Positions 1 through 12,045 of a stretch of 64,000 nt of DNA are shown piece after piece. Each line of letters opens with the position of its first letter. Position 1 is the stretch's first letter. This DNA comes from Octopus sinensis. Its lineage: Eukaryota. The position numbers and the translations under genes were made by a program. The notes under the pieces are model-generated. The model saw only the letters and a program-made list of their open reading frames with translations. It had not been told where the DNA came from and made no database searches. The stretch spans positions 34,038,001 through 34,102,000 of the forward strand of contig NC_043013.1 in the NCBI RefSeq assembly GCF_006345805.1. The letters run 5' to 3'.

Positions 1-1622
1 GAAACTATGCACAATGAGGGAAATCGGGGCTGAGTAGATTTGAACACTGTGTTGAGAAAGAAAAAAGCATCTGGGTCCAAAGAGTGATTCATCAGCAGCT
101 ACTCTACTCTGGCTATAGATTTAGATTTACACTAATAATTAATGGAACATTTGGATACATAACTAACTACTTGAGCATCAGTCTTGAGAAACAAGGTTTC
201 GAAAATCTAACGGTGACACAGCTAGTTAGGCAATTACAGATATAAGCAATCAAAACCACTGTGAAAATATGTAAAATGTTTCAGAATTTGAAGTGCAATA
301 AGTGCATATACTAACATGGAGCTAAGCATGCATATTCTTGTGTACATATACCCAAGTCAAAGCACACAGATCTAAACATGCAATAACATACATGTTATTG
401 CATGTATACATGTATATGTGGGAACATACATATGCACATGCATGTATGCTTATATGCCTGCACATATCTATGCATACATGCATGTATTATACAGACATAC
501 ATGCAACAGTAAATGTAGATGGTGATATCATTGCTAGAAGTTATATCAAAATGTATGATGAAACGTATTGGGCAATCAATACTCAACTGTATACAGCTGC
601 TATCACTCTCAAAGCAAAGCTAGGAATTACATGCAAAGGACATGGTAATGAAATAACGCCTGCAACCCAGATGGATGACAGAAAATATCAACAACCTGCA
701 CTGAAGAATAAAACATTTATATGTCATCATAAGGTAAATAATTTCACAGAGTACCATCTAAATTATGCAGTAAAAAAAAAAACGAATGGTGATTCTACAC
801 TCCAAAATCTTGAGGGGAAATCAATGAGTTCAAAACTCAAAATGAAGACGTTGAGTGCAAAACCTTGTTGTCCAAAAACTACTTCAATAATATAGTATTA
901 AACACATGTTTGCTTCTAATCCAGAAGTTCTATGCTAGAGGATAAAAAAATTATCAATATCTCCATAAAAATGTCCCTTCTTGTAAAGTTTTAAAATAAA
1001 TTTGGTCTAAGATCTAGAATAAAAACCAGGACTTCAATCAGAATGTATCACATCTAAATACAATCATGAATAAGAACCGAAGCAATATTAAAAGTGAAAT
1101 TTACACAATCGACCTTTGAAATTTTCACCAAAGATGTGAGAAAGTTGTTTAATGGGAGGGCATTTGGAAGAAACCTAATAGCTGCATACTTGTACAAGAT
1201 GTTGATGTTTAGCAGAAAGTCCCTTACAAACTTATTTCAAAGAAAAAATGGGAAGTCAGTTTGCTTATGATGGCTCAAAGAACAAACAAAGCCGCAAGGT
1301 ATTGAAAGGACTTGATGTTGTTAAGCAAACTGGTCTATACAACATATAATTAATCAAAGTTTAATTGCAATACACTTTACTCAACATCGTGTCGAGAGAT
1401 TTTCATTCTTTAAATAGGTACAATCATACCCATACATGGAGATAACTTTTTAAGAGAGAGCTTAAGGTGTAAGGAATTGAATTAATAAAGAAGAGAATTG
1501 AAAAGTGTACATGACAAACGTGGTTTAAAAATGGTTGAATGTTGAATATAGTTAAATTTTTGTGATTAATTTTCTTGTCTCAATTACTGGGATATCGTTT
1601 TCTTAGAGTCAACTTTTACAAA

Positions 1623-1820
1623 AGTTGTGGTTGTGAGGTAAGAAATTTGCTTCTGAACCACATGGTTCTTGGTTCAGTCTCATTGCATGGTACCTTGGCT
1701 AAGAATCTTCTATAACCCTGGGCTGACCACAGCCTTGTGAGTTGATTTGATTCATGGAAACTAAAAACATCTGTTATATAGATACATATGTGCATGTGTG
1801 TTTCTGTGTTTGTCCTCCCT
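1623..1820 (+). mobile_element. tRNA-derived SINE family A, decayed 5' half
   Basis: Diverged match to the head seen in better copies in this window (gtggctgtgtggtaag...gccttgtgagtggatttggtagacggaaac), followed by the (TA)/(TG) tract and the start of the tail. Confidence 0.75.
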
Positions 1821-2010
1821 AGAGCCCATAGTAGAAAAGGCCATTATTTATTCCCTGGTCCTTTTGCATCTTCCCTTCAATGCTAACATGAACAAGATAG
1901 AACTTCTTTTGAATCAGTCATTTCCATTCAAATGCCTTTTCTGATGTCAGCATGTTTAGTAGCCTCTTACCAACTGCTGGAATACGGTATTTAAAAAAAC
2001 AAAATGAGTG

Positions 2011-3597
2011 TCTTTTTATCTTTTACAGGTTTAAGTCATTGAGTTGTCGCCATGGAGAGGCTTTAGTCAAACAAATCGAATCCAGTGCTTATTTCTTTAG
2101 GGGTTTGGTAATTATTCTTTCTGTGTCTTTTGTTGAACTGCTAAGCTACAGAAATGTAAGCAACAAACCAACAGTATCTGTCAAGCATTGTGTGTGGACA
2201 TACACATAAAGTCAGATATACAAATACACATTCAATTATATATATATTAATGTATGTATGTATTGGGTCATCCCATAAATAATGCCAGTTTTTATACTTC
2301 TTTTATTTTTCAAAATTAAAATAAACAAAGTTCTTTTTTAATCTAAAATATACTTTCCTTTATTTTCTACAATGCTCTTCCAACTAATTGGTAGACTTGC
2401 AAGGCTCCTCTATTTATCTGTCCATGATAAAAAATACTCTTTTCTGATCTCGTCTACCGAATTCATATTTTTTCTATCCAAACAATTTTAAAGACTACAG
2501 AATAAATGATAATTAGATGAAGCAATGACAAGCGAATATAGTCAGTGGGGTATCGTTTCCTATTCATTTTACTCCAGCCTTTGGAATGTCATCCTCACAG
2601 TATGTGGCTGAGCATTATCCTGATGGAAGTACACCTTTTGTCTTGAAACCAAAAATGTTCGTTTTTTTTTTCAAAACGACCATTTTTGAAAATATGGTCG
2701 TTTTTCAAGCTGCTTTGTTATCACCTTTGTTATCATTTGGTTTGGGTTTAAAAGTTCAAAGTGGACTAAACCTTTCATATCCCACCAAACAGATTACAAC
2801 ACCTTGTGTGGGTGAAGACCTTCTTTAGCCCGGGGTGCTGGTGTTTCTCCTTTCCCTACCCATTGTCTTCTGCACTTGACATTTTTATAGAGAAACCATT
2901 TCTCCTCACCAGTCACTATTTGGCCCCCAAAAGAGGTTCATTCGTGAGATGTGACAGCAAAGAAGAGCACACATTCGCCCTCTGTACATGATCAGACTTG
3001 GAAAGTTTGTGAGGAATCCATTAACCCAATTTGTTGAGTTTTCTGATGGCACACAGTTGTCGATGAATTGTTGAATGACCAAATCCAAGTTTCTCTTCAA
3101 GTTCCCCAACTGTTACGATGGGATTTTGTTCCACCAAGGTTTGCAGAGCGTCCTCATCGAGCTTTACAGATCTTTCAGGATGAGGCTCATCTTCTAGACT
3201 GCAGATTCTGGCTCGGAATTTCTGGAACCACCGTTGACACTGGCTTACACTTATTGTCCGTTCCTCATATATTGTATCTAATATTCTTTGCACTTTCTGT
3301 TGTGTTGTTGCCTTCATTGAACTCATAAAGTAAAATATGCTGAATATGCTCCTTTGTTACTTCCATTATAGCTTTGAAAAAATAACTGCTAAAATTGAAC
3401 TGCACTCTTCAAAATGTGCACTAAGAATAAATACAAGGTAAAATTACTACCTACTTTTATAGGAAGTTGAGGCAGGTAGTTTATTCCATCCCTCTCCAAC
3501 ATTAAGTTCAAGAAATTGATAAATCCACAGTATTTATGAGATAACCCAATATGTATGTATATATATATATATGTATGTATGTAGATATATATATGTC

Positions 3598-3631
<34 letters not shown>

Positions 3632-3820
3632 ATATACATACATACATACATACACATGATGGGATTCCATATTGTTTCCATCTACCAAATTTACTGATAC
3701 GGCATTAATGGACTTGAACTATTATAGAAAATACTTGCCTAGAGTATCACACAGTGGGATTGAACCCTTGGTCACATGGTTACAAAGTGAGTTTCTTAAC
3801 CCCAGGGCCATGCTTGTACC
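2011..3820 (-). mobile_element. SINE family A, split by a mariner insertion (tail 2011-2205, head 3657-3820)
   Basis: Tail and head segments are reverse-complement matches to family A and lie in the correct order on either side of the mariner, which sits in the central microsatellite. Confidence 0.7.
2261..3551 (-). mobile_element. Full-length (about 1.29 kb) decayed mariner transposon
   Basis: TIRs TA-ttgggtcatcccataaataatg (2261) and its reverse complement at the 3551 end (TA-ttgggttatctcataaatactg). Frameshifted transposase starts at ATG 3366 (minus): MEVTKEHIQHILLYEFNEGNN..., TISVSQCQRWFQKFR, WVPH, VTGEEKWFLYKN, SVWWDMKGLVHFELL, HQDNAQPH. Confidence 0.93.
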
Positions 3821-4526
3821 TAAACACATCTTTTGATACTAACAGTTATTAAGATGTCTTTTTTAAAAAAATATTTTAGCTTTGTTTTAAGTACTGAGAT
3901 TTGATGTAGATTTAGCTGCTATTTCTAGTAATTTGAGCAAACGCATTGAGGTTGGATAGGTCGTCAGTGGCACAACTAGGAAAGATTCACAAATTAGGCA
4001 CTTCCAACAATGATATTGGCTATTCTAAGCAATGTTTAGTAACTTGTAATACAGTATGGTCTTTGGAATTGCATTTTATAAGTTGAAGTAAAAATATTTT
4101 GATGGTGATTGCCTTACACAAACTGGAAGTATAGGGCATTTTCATTTGCTGAGGTAAGATGAGAAAGGAAAAAGGAGAAAGTGACAAATTCCTACATTGA
4201 AATATTAACAGCACACAATGGGATCCTTTAGATGCTGATCGTAAATTTGATCCAGGGATTGAAAGCATATTGACAGCTTTGAAATCCAAATGCAAAATCT
4301 TATCAATGTTAACTTTATATTCCCTGTTATATGATATTAAAGTCAACTTAAGCAATATATGTGCATATGTATATATTAACTTAATATACATACTTAAGCT
4401 ATACATATATATATGTATGTATGTATATATCTATATATATGTATGTATGTAGATATATATATGTCTATATATATATATAATATATATATGTATGCACAGG
4501 TATGTATGAGTATATGTATTAATGTG

Positions 4527-4557
<31 letters not shown>

Positions 4558-4647
4558 TCTCACACATTTAGAGGAACATGCTTCCTGGCATCAATATATA
4601 TAAATATCCATATGAGCATATATGTATCATAGACTTTCATAAATATG

Positions 4648-4685
<38 letters not shown>

Positions 4686-4978
4686 ACATGTATGTATATA
4701 CATGCATGTATACACACACACATAAAGGGGAGATAGAGAGAGAAAGAACGAAAGATAGATATGAAATACATAACGTTTATCTACATACATTATATGTGTA
4801 TATACTCATATACACACAGGCAAGAAGGAAATAAAATGAAAAGCACTTAAATAAATAGAAACCGTCTTCTTGGTTTTCCTTATTACAATTTTTTTTCATA
4901 AGGAGGCTAGATTTTTTTTTCAAATTATATACTACATAATATTGTCATTATTATTAGTAGTCATAGTATAAAGAAAAG

Positions 4979-5000
4979 ATTATTATTATTATTATTATTA

Positions 5001-5037
<37 letters not shown>

Positions 5038-5049
5038 GTTATTATTATT
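4979..5049. repeat. (ATT)n microsatellite
   Basis: Direct reading. Similar (ATT)/(AAT) arrays at about 6229-6293, 7077-7201, 16008-16084, 18079-18140 and 40159-40378. Confidence 0.95.
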
Positions 5050-5921
5050 GGCATTATTTTTATTAACTATTAAGACTTTGATTTTTTATATTTTTAGCTT
5101 TACCTTAACTTTTGGATTAGCCAAAGAAAAAAAAATAATGATAAAAAAGAAAGTGAGGAATAAAAAAAAATATTGTCAACTATTCCTGTATATTAAATCC
5201 ACCAAAGAAATTTCATATTCTATGTTAGAACTTGAAGATCGCTTTTAAGTGAGCTCATTTTTGTTTTTGTCTCTGTGTTTTTACCCCCTTTTTTTTGCAG
5301 TATGTGTATGTATGTTTGCATGTTTAATACACACACACTCACACACATATATATATATAAGTACTTAATATATGTGTGTGACTGTATGTCCCTTTTCTTT
5401 TATATCACAAGCAAGCTGAACCATCGGTAAACAATGAATGGTTATATGGGTAGACATGAAAGATTTCTCAAAGAACTTGCATATATTCAGACCTTTGCTC
5501 CAAGGTGCCAACCATTTTCTTTCTTTCTTTCTTTCTTCTTTTTTATTAGATTTTGATTTTTAGATTTACTTCTAATTTTTTTTACTTCTTCACTTTCTTT
5601 TTTTTTTTAAACTTTATTCACTTTTTTTTGTAGTCTTTGCATTGGTTATGGTGGTGAAGATACAGATGAGGTTAGGAACCAGTACCACTATCCCTCCTCA
5701 TGATATAATATAATATAATAAATGAAAATAATAACAAAAAACGGGCAGAAAATTAGGAAAAAAGCAAAATAAACAATATTTTTCGACAACCAAACCACCA
5801 CAGCCCCAAAAGAACCCCTCAAAATAATAAATATATATAAAAAAAAAATCAAAGCTATAATATAGTATATACACACATGCACTCATGTATATGTTTGTAT
5901 GTGTCTAAGTATGAATATACT

Positions 5922-5977
<56 letters not shown>

Positions 5978-6020
5978 TTATATATATATACTTATATATA
6001 TGCTGATATGTGTCTATGTA

Positions 6021-6052
<32 letters not shown>

Positions 6053-6225
6053 ATGAAATTAGGGGGATAAGAGAATAACAACATCAACAACAAAACAAAA
6101 AGAGAATGAGAGAATAAGACCAGTAACTAAAAAGCATCTCCCTTGCAACTTTCCAATTATTACTTAAAAGGAATATTTTAGGAAGTGCTTTTACTCAGCA
6201 TTGTATAAACCATTTTAATGTCTGC

Positions 6226-6292
<67 letters not shown>

Positions 6293-6748
6293 TTTATTTT
6301 TCATTTATTCTGTTCAACTGTGTGGTAAGAAGGCTTTGTGTGTATATGTGTGTATGCGTGAAGGAGTATTAACATGAATGTGTATATGTGTTTTACTTTG
6401 ATTTTTTTTATATTTAATTTCAGAAGTTTTTTTATTTGTAATTTATTTTTTTGTTTATTATTTTTTATTTTGAAAATTTTATTTTATTCTGTTTTGTGCA
6501 TGTGTTTTTTTTTAGTGTGTGTACTTTTTCAAATAATAAACTTTTGTAAGAAAATGCTTGATTCTTGTGCAATTCACTGGGTAATTCTTCTGTCAATTTC
6601 TGTGTTATTTTATATATATATATGGGTGTGTGTATGTGTGTGTATAATATATATATGTGTATATATATATTATATATATATATATATATATGTGTGTATA
6701 TATATATATATGTGTGTGTATATATATATATATGTGTATATAATATAT

Positions 6749-6793
<45 letters not shown>

Positions 6794-7077
6794 GTATATA
6801 TATATCACTACACACATACATATATATGTATATACTTGTATATATATACTTGTATATGTATAGATATGTATGTATATAAATATAAATTAAAAATAGAAAT
6901 AATAATATTAATATTGATGATAATGGTACTACCATTACTAATAATCTTGATGATGATGATGATGATGATACAAAGGAGAATAACCGTTATAATGACAACA
7001 ATAACAACAACAGCAAGAATAATGAATTCGAATGTATCTGAGAGCTAGATGAAAAGATTTAAATAAAAGATAAATGA

Positions 7078-7140
<63 letters not shown>

Positions 7141-7147
7141 ATAATAA

Positions 7148-7202
<55 letters not shown>

Positions 7203-8320
7203 GGATAAAAATGATGATGATGATGATAATAAAATATTAAGGAAATTCAGATGAAAATGAGGAGAAAATACCTATATCCGGGCATTTTGTATAATTTTAT
7301 ATTTTGACATGGCTACTTTTTTTCCGCTATTTCTTTTATATCAAATAACTTCCATAAAGTAGGCTCTCATTTTTTTTAGGCTACCTCTATGTTTGAAATT
7401 TTTTAAACACACACACATACCTACACATATATATGTATATAAAAAGATATAGATATTTATATACATATATTTCTCTTTTTTTAAATGTTTTATGAAACAG
7501 GAATAGATGTGGATTAGTAATAATGATTAAAAAACTTTTGAACGTTCAGGTTACCTCAACAAATCTGTTCTTCAAAGAAAAAACAGAAAGGAAAATAAAA
7601 AACGAAATAAAAATATTGAAAAATACAACAGAGAACCATGCCTTAATATAGAAGAATTATTTTGTAACTAGTATACTTGTGCTGTTAAAAATGATAGCCA
7701 CTTCAGTTCAACATTCTTTAGCTTTAAAGAAATATTCTTTATACTGTAGAATATATTTGTCTTCTATCTGTTTTTTAAACTTTGTTTGTAAAGTAGGGTT
7801 GGTTCATATCAATGATACAGCAATTAATATGTGGTTAGCTATAACTAATATATTAAGAAAAGTAACGAAACCAGCTTCCCACAAGTTACAGCCTTACAGA
7901 CTTGAAAGTGATGGACACATTGTAAAATACGCATTCCTATCGATATTCTTAACACCAAGTTTAAACATAGCATAACATTTGTTTTGCCTACACTCTGTAG
8001 TAGTAGACGTAATAGTAGTAGTTGTTGTAGCAGCTGTAGTAGTAGTAGCAGCAGTAATAGCAGTACAGTAGTAGTAGTATAGTAGTTATTGTTTCGTGGA
8101 CCCAGGTAAGTTATAGCTGCGTTGACCTTTGCTCAAATGTCAACAGTAGATGTTGGTTCAAATCCCAGGGCATCCTAAAGGGATTTTTCAACCTAATATT
8201 TTCCCTGCCACTATTTGCAACTTTTTGCGTGTGCTTCATGATATTTTAAGAAAGAATTAATTCACATTCCTTTGAAAATTTATAAAATTTTTATATCAAT
8301 ACTCTATATATATATAAATA

Positions 8321-10441
8321 GGTGCAGCCGTGGCTGTGTGGTAAGCTGCTGCTTCCCCACCACATGGTTCCAGGTTCAGTTCCACTGTGTGTCACCTTGG
8401 GCAATTGCCTTCTCCGATAGCCTTGGGCCAACCAAAGCCTTATGAGTGGATTTGGCAGATGGAAACTGAAAGAAGCCCATCGTGTATATATATATATGGC
8501 GGGCTGGCCATATCGGTGCAATCTCAAGATTAATCAGCCGAAATTGCTAAGATGATCTGGTCTTTCTTGATGATGCTGAGGGATTCGAATGTCCCGTCCT
8601 GTGGTTCTTGTGTCGTCTCTGTGGTGTTTCCTGTTCTTGCCATGTCAGTAATTATTTTTACTGTTTACCTATAATCGGCGGTACGTATCCACATTGTCCT
8701 TAATACGATAAGGATATTTTTCTCTAGCATTTGAGTACGACTCTTAATCTGTCTCTTTTCTCTCTCTCTTCCTCCCTTATTCCCCTTCCTTTCTTCCCTC
8801 TCCATCCGTCTCCCCCCCTTCTACGTTTCTCTATTCTCTCACCTCCAGCCCCCTGATCTGTCTCTTCTTCTCCTCCCTCGTCCACCTTCTCTCTCTTTTC
8901 ATCTGTCCCTTTCTCCTGTCTTTTGTTATCACGTGACCGCTAGCCGCTGTTGAGCGCTCTTTTCGTTTTCAGCAGTCGCGAAGCAACACGTATTTGTTCG
9001 TCTCCCCGTGGCCATTAGGCACGACTTCACAAGCCAGCCCCATACTCACTCGTCCTGTCGAAAGACCCTTGTCCTACGTCCTGTTTTGTTTTGTTGTTAT
9101 TTTTTTATTTTTACCGTTATTGTTTTTCCGTTTTTGTATTTTATTGGTGCCACGTATCTGTATTTTTGTTGTGTACTTCGTTCGTTTTCCGTCCTTTCGG
9201 TGTATACATTCGAAGCTTTCTTCCAGGGGATCTATTGCGCTTGGTTAGATTTCCCTTGCGGCTGGCCATATCGGAGCAATCTCAAGATTAATCAGCCGAA
9301 ATTGCTAAGATGATCTGGTTCTTGACTGATGACTGAGGGCTTCGAATGTCCCGTCCTGTGGTTCTTGTGTCGTCTCTGTGGTGTTTCCTGTTCTTGTCCA
9401 TGTCAGTAATTATTTTTACTGTTTACCTATATTAATCGGCGGCTACGTATCCACAATTGTCCTTATACGATAAGTATATTTTTTCTCTAGCATTGATACG
9501 ACTCTTAATCTGTCTCTTTTCTCTCTCTCTCTCCTCTCTCCCTCCCTCCCCTTCCTTTCTTTCCCTCTCCATCCGTCTCCCCCCCTTCTATTTTCTCTAT
9601 CTCTCTCACCTCCAGCCCCCTCGATCTGTCTCTTTCTTCTCCTCCCTCGTCCACCTTCTCTCTCTTTTCATCTGTCCCTTTCTCCTGTCTTTTGTTCTCA
9701 CGTGACCGCTAGCCGCTGTTGAGCGCTCTTTTCGTTTTCAGCAGTCGCAGAAGCAACACGTATTTGTTCGTCTCCCCGTGGCCATTAGGCACGACTTCAC
9801 AAGCCAGCCCCATACTCAACTCGTCTGTCGAAAGACCCTTGTCCTACGTCCTGGTTTTGTTTTGTTGTTTATTTTTTATTTTTACCGTTATTGTTTTTCC
9901 GTTTTTGTATTCTTATTGGTGCCACGTATTCTGTATTTTTGTTGTGTACTTCGTTCGTTTTCCGTCCTTTCGTTGTATACATTCGAAGCTTTCTTCCAGG
10001 GGATCTATTGCGCTTGGCTTAGATTTCCCTTGGCGGCTGGCCATATCGGAGCAATCTCAAGATTATCAGCCGAAATTGCTAAGATGATCTGTTCTTGACT
10101 GATGACTGAGGGCTTCGAATGTCCCGTCCTGTGGTTCTTGTGTCGTCTCTGTGGTGTTTCATGTTCTTGTCCATGTCTGTAATTATTTTTACTGTTTACC
10201 TATATATATATATATATATATATATATGCATGTGTCTGTATATGTTTGTGTGTATGTTTGTCCTTACAACATTGCATGGTGTGTTACACGTCCCCGTAGC
10301 ATAACAGTTCAGCAAAGGAGACCGATAGAATAAGTACTAGGCTTACAAAGAATACGTCCTGGAGTCGATTTACTCGACTAAAGGAGGTGCTCCAGCATGG
10401 CCGCAGTCAAATGACTGAAACAAGTAAAAGAATAAAAGAAT
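8321..10441 (+). mobile_element. SINE family A, split by a 1.7-kb tandem insertion (head 8321-8497, tail about 10228-10441)
   Basis: Head ggtgcagccgtggctgtgtggtaag...gaaagaagcccatcg and tail ...ctccagcatggccgcagtcaaatgactgaaacaagtaaaagaata flank the insert, with (TA)n at both junctions. Confidence 0.85.
8498..10200. repeat. Head-to-tail tandem of a 760-775 bp CpG-rich non-coding unit (2 full copies plus about 170 bp), probably a non-autonomous Penelope-like element
   Basis: Units start at 8498, 9258 and 10032 with ggcggctggccatatcggagcaatctcaag. Internal (CT)-rich block and cacgtgaccgctagcc motif. The tandem structure is seen directly; the Penelope assignment is inference. Confidence 0.85.
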
Positions 10442-10470
10442 ATATATGAAAAGGAGAATACAAAGAAATA

Positions 10471-10630
10471 AACTTCATTAGCTGACAGCTGTTTCTGCCT
10501 AGAGATGCATAGTTGAGTGCCTGAGTAACACTTTGTAGCTTCTTTGGCGCTTCAAACATGAAGTTAGTCAGGCACCCAACAATGAATCCAATTCGTTTTG
10601 TAGCAGAAACAGCTGTAAGCTAATGAAGTT
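10471..10630. repeat. 160-bp fold-back element (MITE-like or inverted pLTR fragment)
   Basis: Outer arms 10471-10498 and 10603-10630 match at 27/28. Inner arms 10513-10529 and 10563-10579 match at 15/17. Confidence 0.85.
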
Positions 10631-10640
10631 ATAGATATAT

Positions 10641-10972
10641 GAAGGCGCATGGCTCAGTGGTTAGAGTGTCGAGCGTACGATCGTGAGGTTATAAGTTCGA
10701 TTCCCTGACTGGGTTGTGTGTTGTGTTCTTGAGCAAGTCACTTTATTTCACGTTGCTCCAGTTGACTCAGGTATAGAAATGAGTTGCGACGTCACGGGTG
10801 CCAAGCTGTATTGGCCTTTGCCTTTCCCTTGGATAACATCGGTGGCGTGGAGCGGGGAGGCTGGTATACATGGTCGACTGCTGGTCTTCCATAAATAATC
10901 TTGCCCAGACTTGTGCCTGGGAGGGTAATTTTCTAGGTGCAATCCCAAGATCCTTTATGTCCGAAGGGGTTA
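10641..10972 (+). mobile_element. tRNA-derived SINE family B
   Basis: A-box-like tggctcagtggttaga, B-box-like gttcgattcc, central gtgttgtgttcttgagcaagtcact domain. A reverse-complement copy lies at 59404-59708. Confidence 0.85.
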
Positions 10973-10989
10973 CGACGACGACGACAACG

Positions 10990-11023
<34 letters not shown>

Positions 11024-11024
<1 letters not shown>

Positions 11025-11263
11025 GAGGCGCATGGTTAGGGTGTCAGCATCATGATCGTAAGATTGTGGTTTCGATTCCTGGACCGGGCAACGCGTTGCG
11101 TCCTTGAGCAAAACACTTCATTTCATGTTGATCCAGTCCACTCAGCTGGCAAAAATGAGTAACGCTGCGATGGACTGGCGTCCCGTCCAGCTGGGGAACA
11201 CATACGCCATTGAAACCGGTAAAGTGGGCCCATGAGCCTGGCTAGGCTTTAAAAGGGCGCATT

Positions 11264-11264
<1 letters not shown>
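11024..11264 (+). mobile_element. SINE family B variant (same head and central domain, different tail)
   Basis: ggaggcgcatgg...ttcgattcctggaccgg...ttgagcaaaacacttcatttc...gatggactggcgtcccgtccag. Related copies at 11423-11604 and 20728-20965. Confidence 0.8.
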
Positions 11265-11304
<40 letters not shown>

Positions 11305-11422
11305 CGTGCAGGACAAGATTCTGCTCATTTTGTATCAACCATTTCCACTCAGATGGTATGAATCAGCTCAGGGCTATAGTAGAAGACAATTATCAACGTG
11401 CCATGCAATGGAAATGTGAAAT

Positions 11423-11604
11423 GGGTAGCTTAGTGGTTAGGATGTTGTACTCATGATTGTTAGCTTGTGATTTCAATTCCTGGACCGGGCGATGCGTTGT
11501 GTTCTTGAGCAAAACACTTCACTTCACGTTTTTCCAGACCACTCAGCTGGCAAAAGTGAGTGACTCTGCGATGGACCCGTATCCCATCTATGTGGGGAAT
11601 ATAT
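11423..11604 (+). mobile_element. SINE family B variant, decayed
   Basis: Similar to the 11024 copy (tagtggttagg, caattcctggaccggg, cttgagcaaaacacttc). Confidence 0.75.
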
Positions 11605-11734
11605 AACCTTACCTTTACCCTTGCCATGCATTGGGACTGAACTCTAAACGATGCTGTTGAGAAGTCAACTTCTTTGTAGGATAATTATGTCTGAAGACAT
11701 AGGTACCAAATATGTTATCATGTGCAAAGGCTGG

Positions 11735-12045
11735 AATGAAATGAGGTGAGTATGCTTCAGGGATTGTTTGATGTATGCATGCTTTAATGACAGAGGATAG
11801 ATAAGTTAAGAGAATAGTAATGGGCAGAGAAGAAAAAAAAGAGCATAGAGTGAGAAGACTTCACTGGTACCAATAGAACATCTGTATTATTGTGAAGGAG
11901 GGCCAAGTAATTCAAGTGGCCGGAAGCTGCAGAAAAGGAAGACTAGAAGACAGAGGTAAAGTGGAAAGGTGTGGTTAAGACTGATCTTAATATATTGGAT
12001 GCTACAAAGGTGACTGCAAGTGACTGTAACAAGTTGCAAGACCAC
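11735..12045 (+). mobile_element. RTE-type LINE 3' remnant
   Basis: Decayed translation RRLHWY (from 11853) ... IQVAGSCRKGR ... VVKTDLNIL resembles the RRLRWYGHV...GRPRKTW...DL C-terminus of RTE reverse transcriptases. Confidence 0.6.

Noticed and set aside
4205-4340. Protein-like peptide QWDPLDADRKFDPGIESILTALKSK on plus
   Set aside because: Short, weak acceptor, no donor, and the frame runs into a microsatellite. Not recognisable.
6374-6935. ORFs rich in Y/I/C/V/H/T here and at many other sites (16.8, 22.9, 30.3, 34.7, 43.4, 44.3, 46.5, 51.5, 63.6 kb)
   Set aside because: They are translations of (TA)n, (TG)n, (CA)n and (TACA)n microsatellites, which lack stops by composition.
5050-7500. 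Unusual homopolymer-rich composition (also about 52000-53100)
   Set aside because: It resembles low-coverage long-read error next to long microsatellites rather than a biological signal; this cannot be judged without reads.
7679-7975. 98-aa ORF in unique DNA
   Set aside because: Non-ATG start, no recognisable motif or consistent splice sites, and it lies near apparently low-quality sequence.
9326-9360. CTGATGA in the 770-bp tandem unit as a possible hammerhead
   Set aside because: It is followed by GAAT rather than GAAA, has no credible stem I or II, and is not preserved in copy 1.
8498-10200. Tandem TRIM (LTR-type) interpretation of the A-B-A-B-A array
   Set aside because: The repeated segment does not end in CA, and no PBS, polypurine tract or fixed TSD is visible.
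10643-10715. tRNA-like sequence with A and B boxes (also in other SINE heads)
   Set aside because: It continues directly into SINE body sequence and does not give a convincing cloverleaf, so it is a SINE head and not a tRNA gene.
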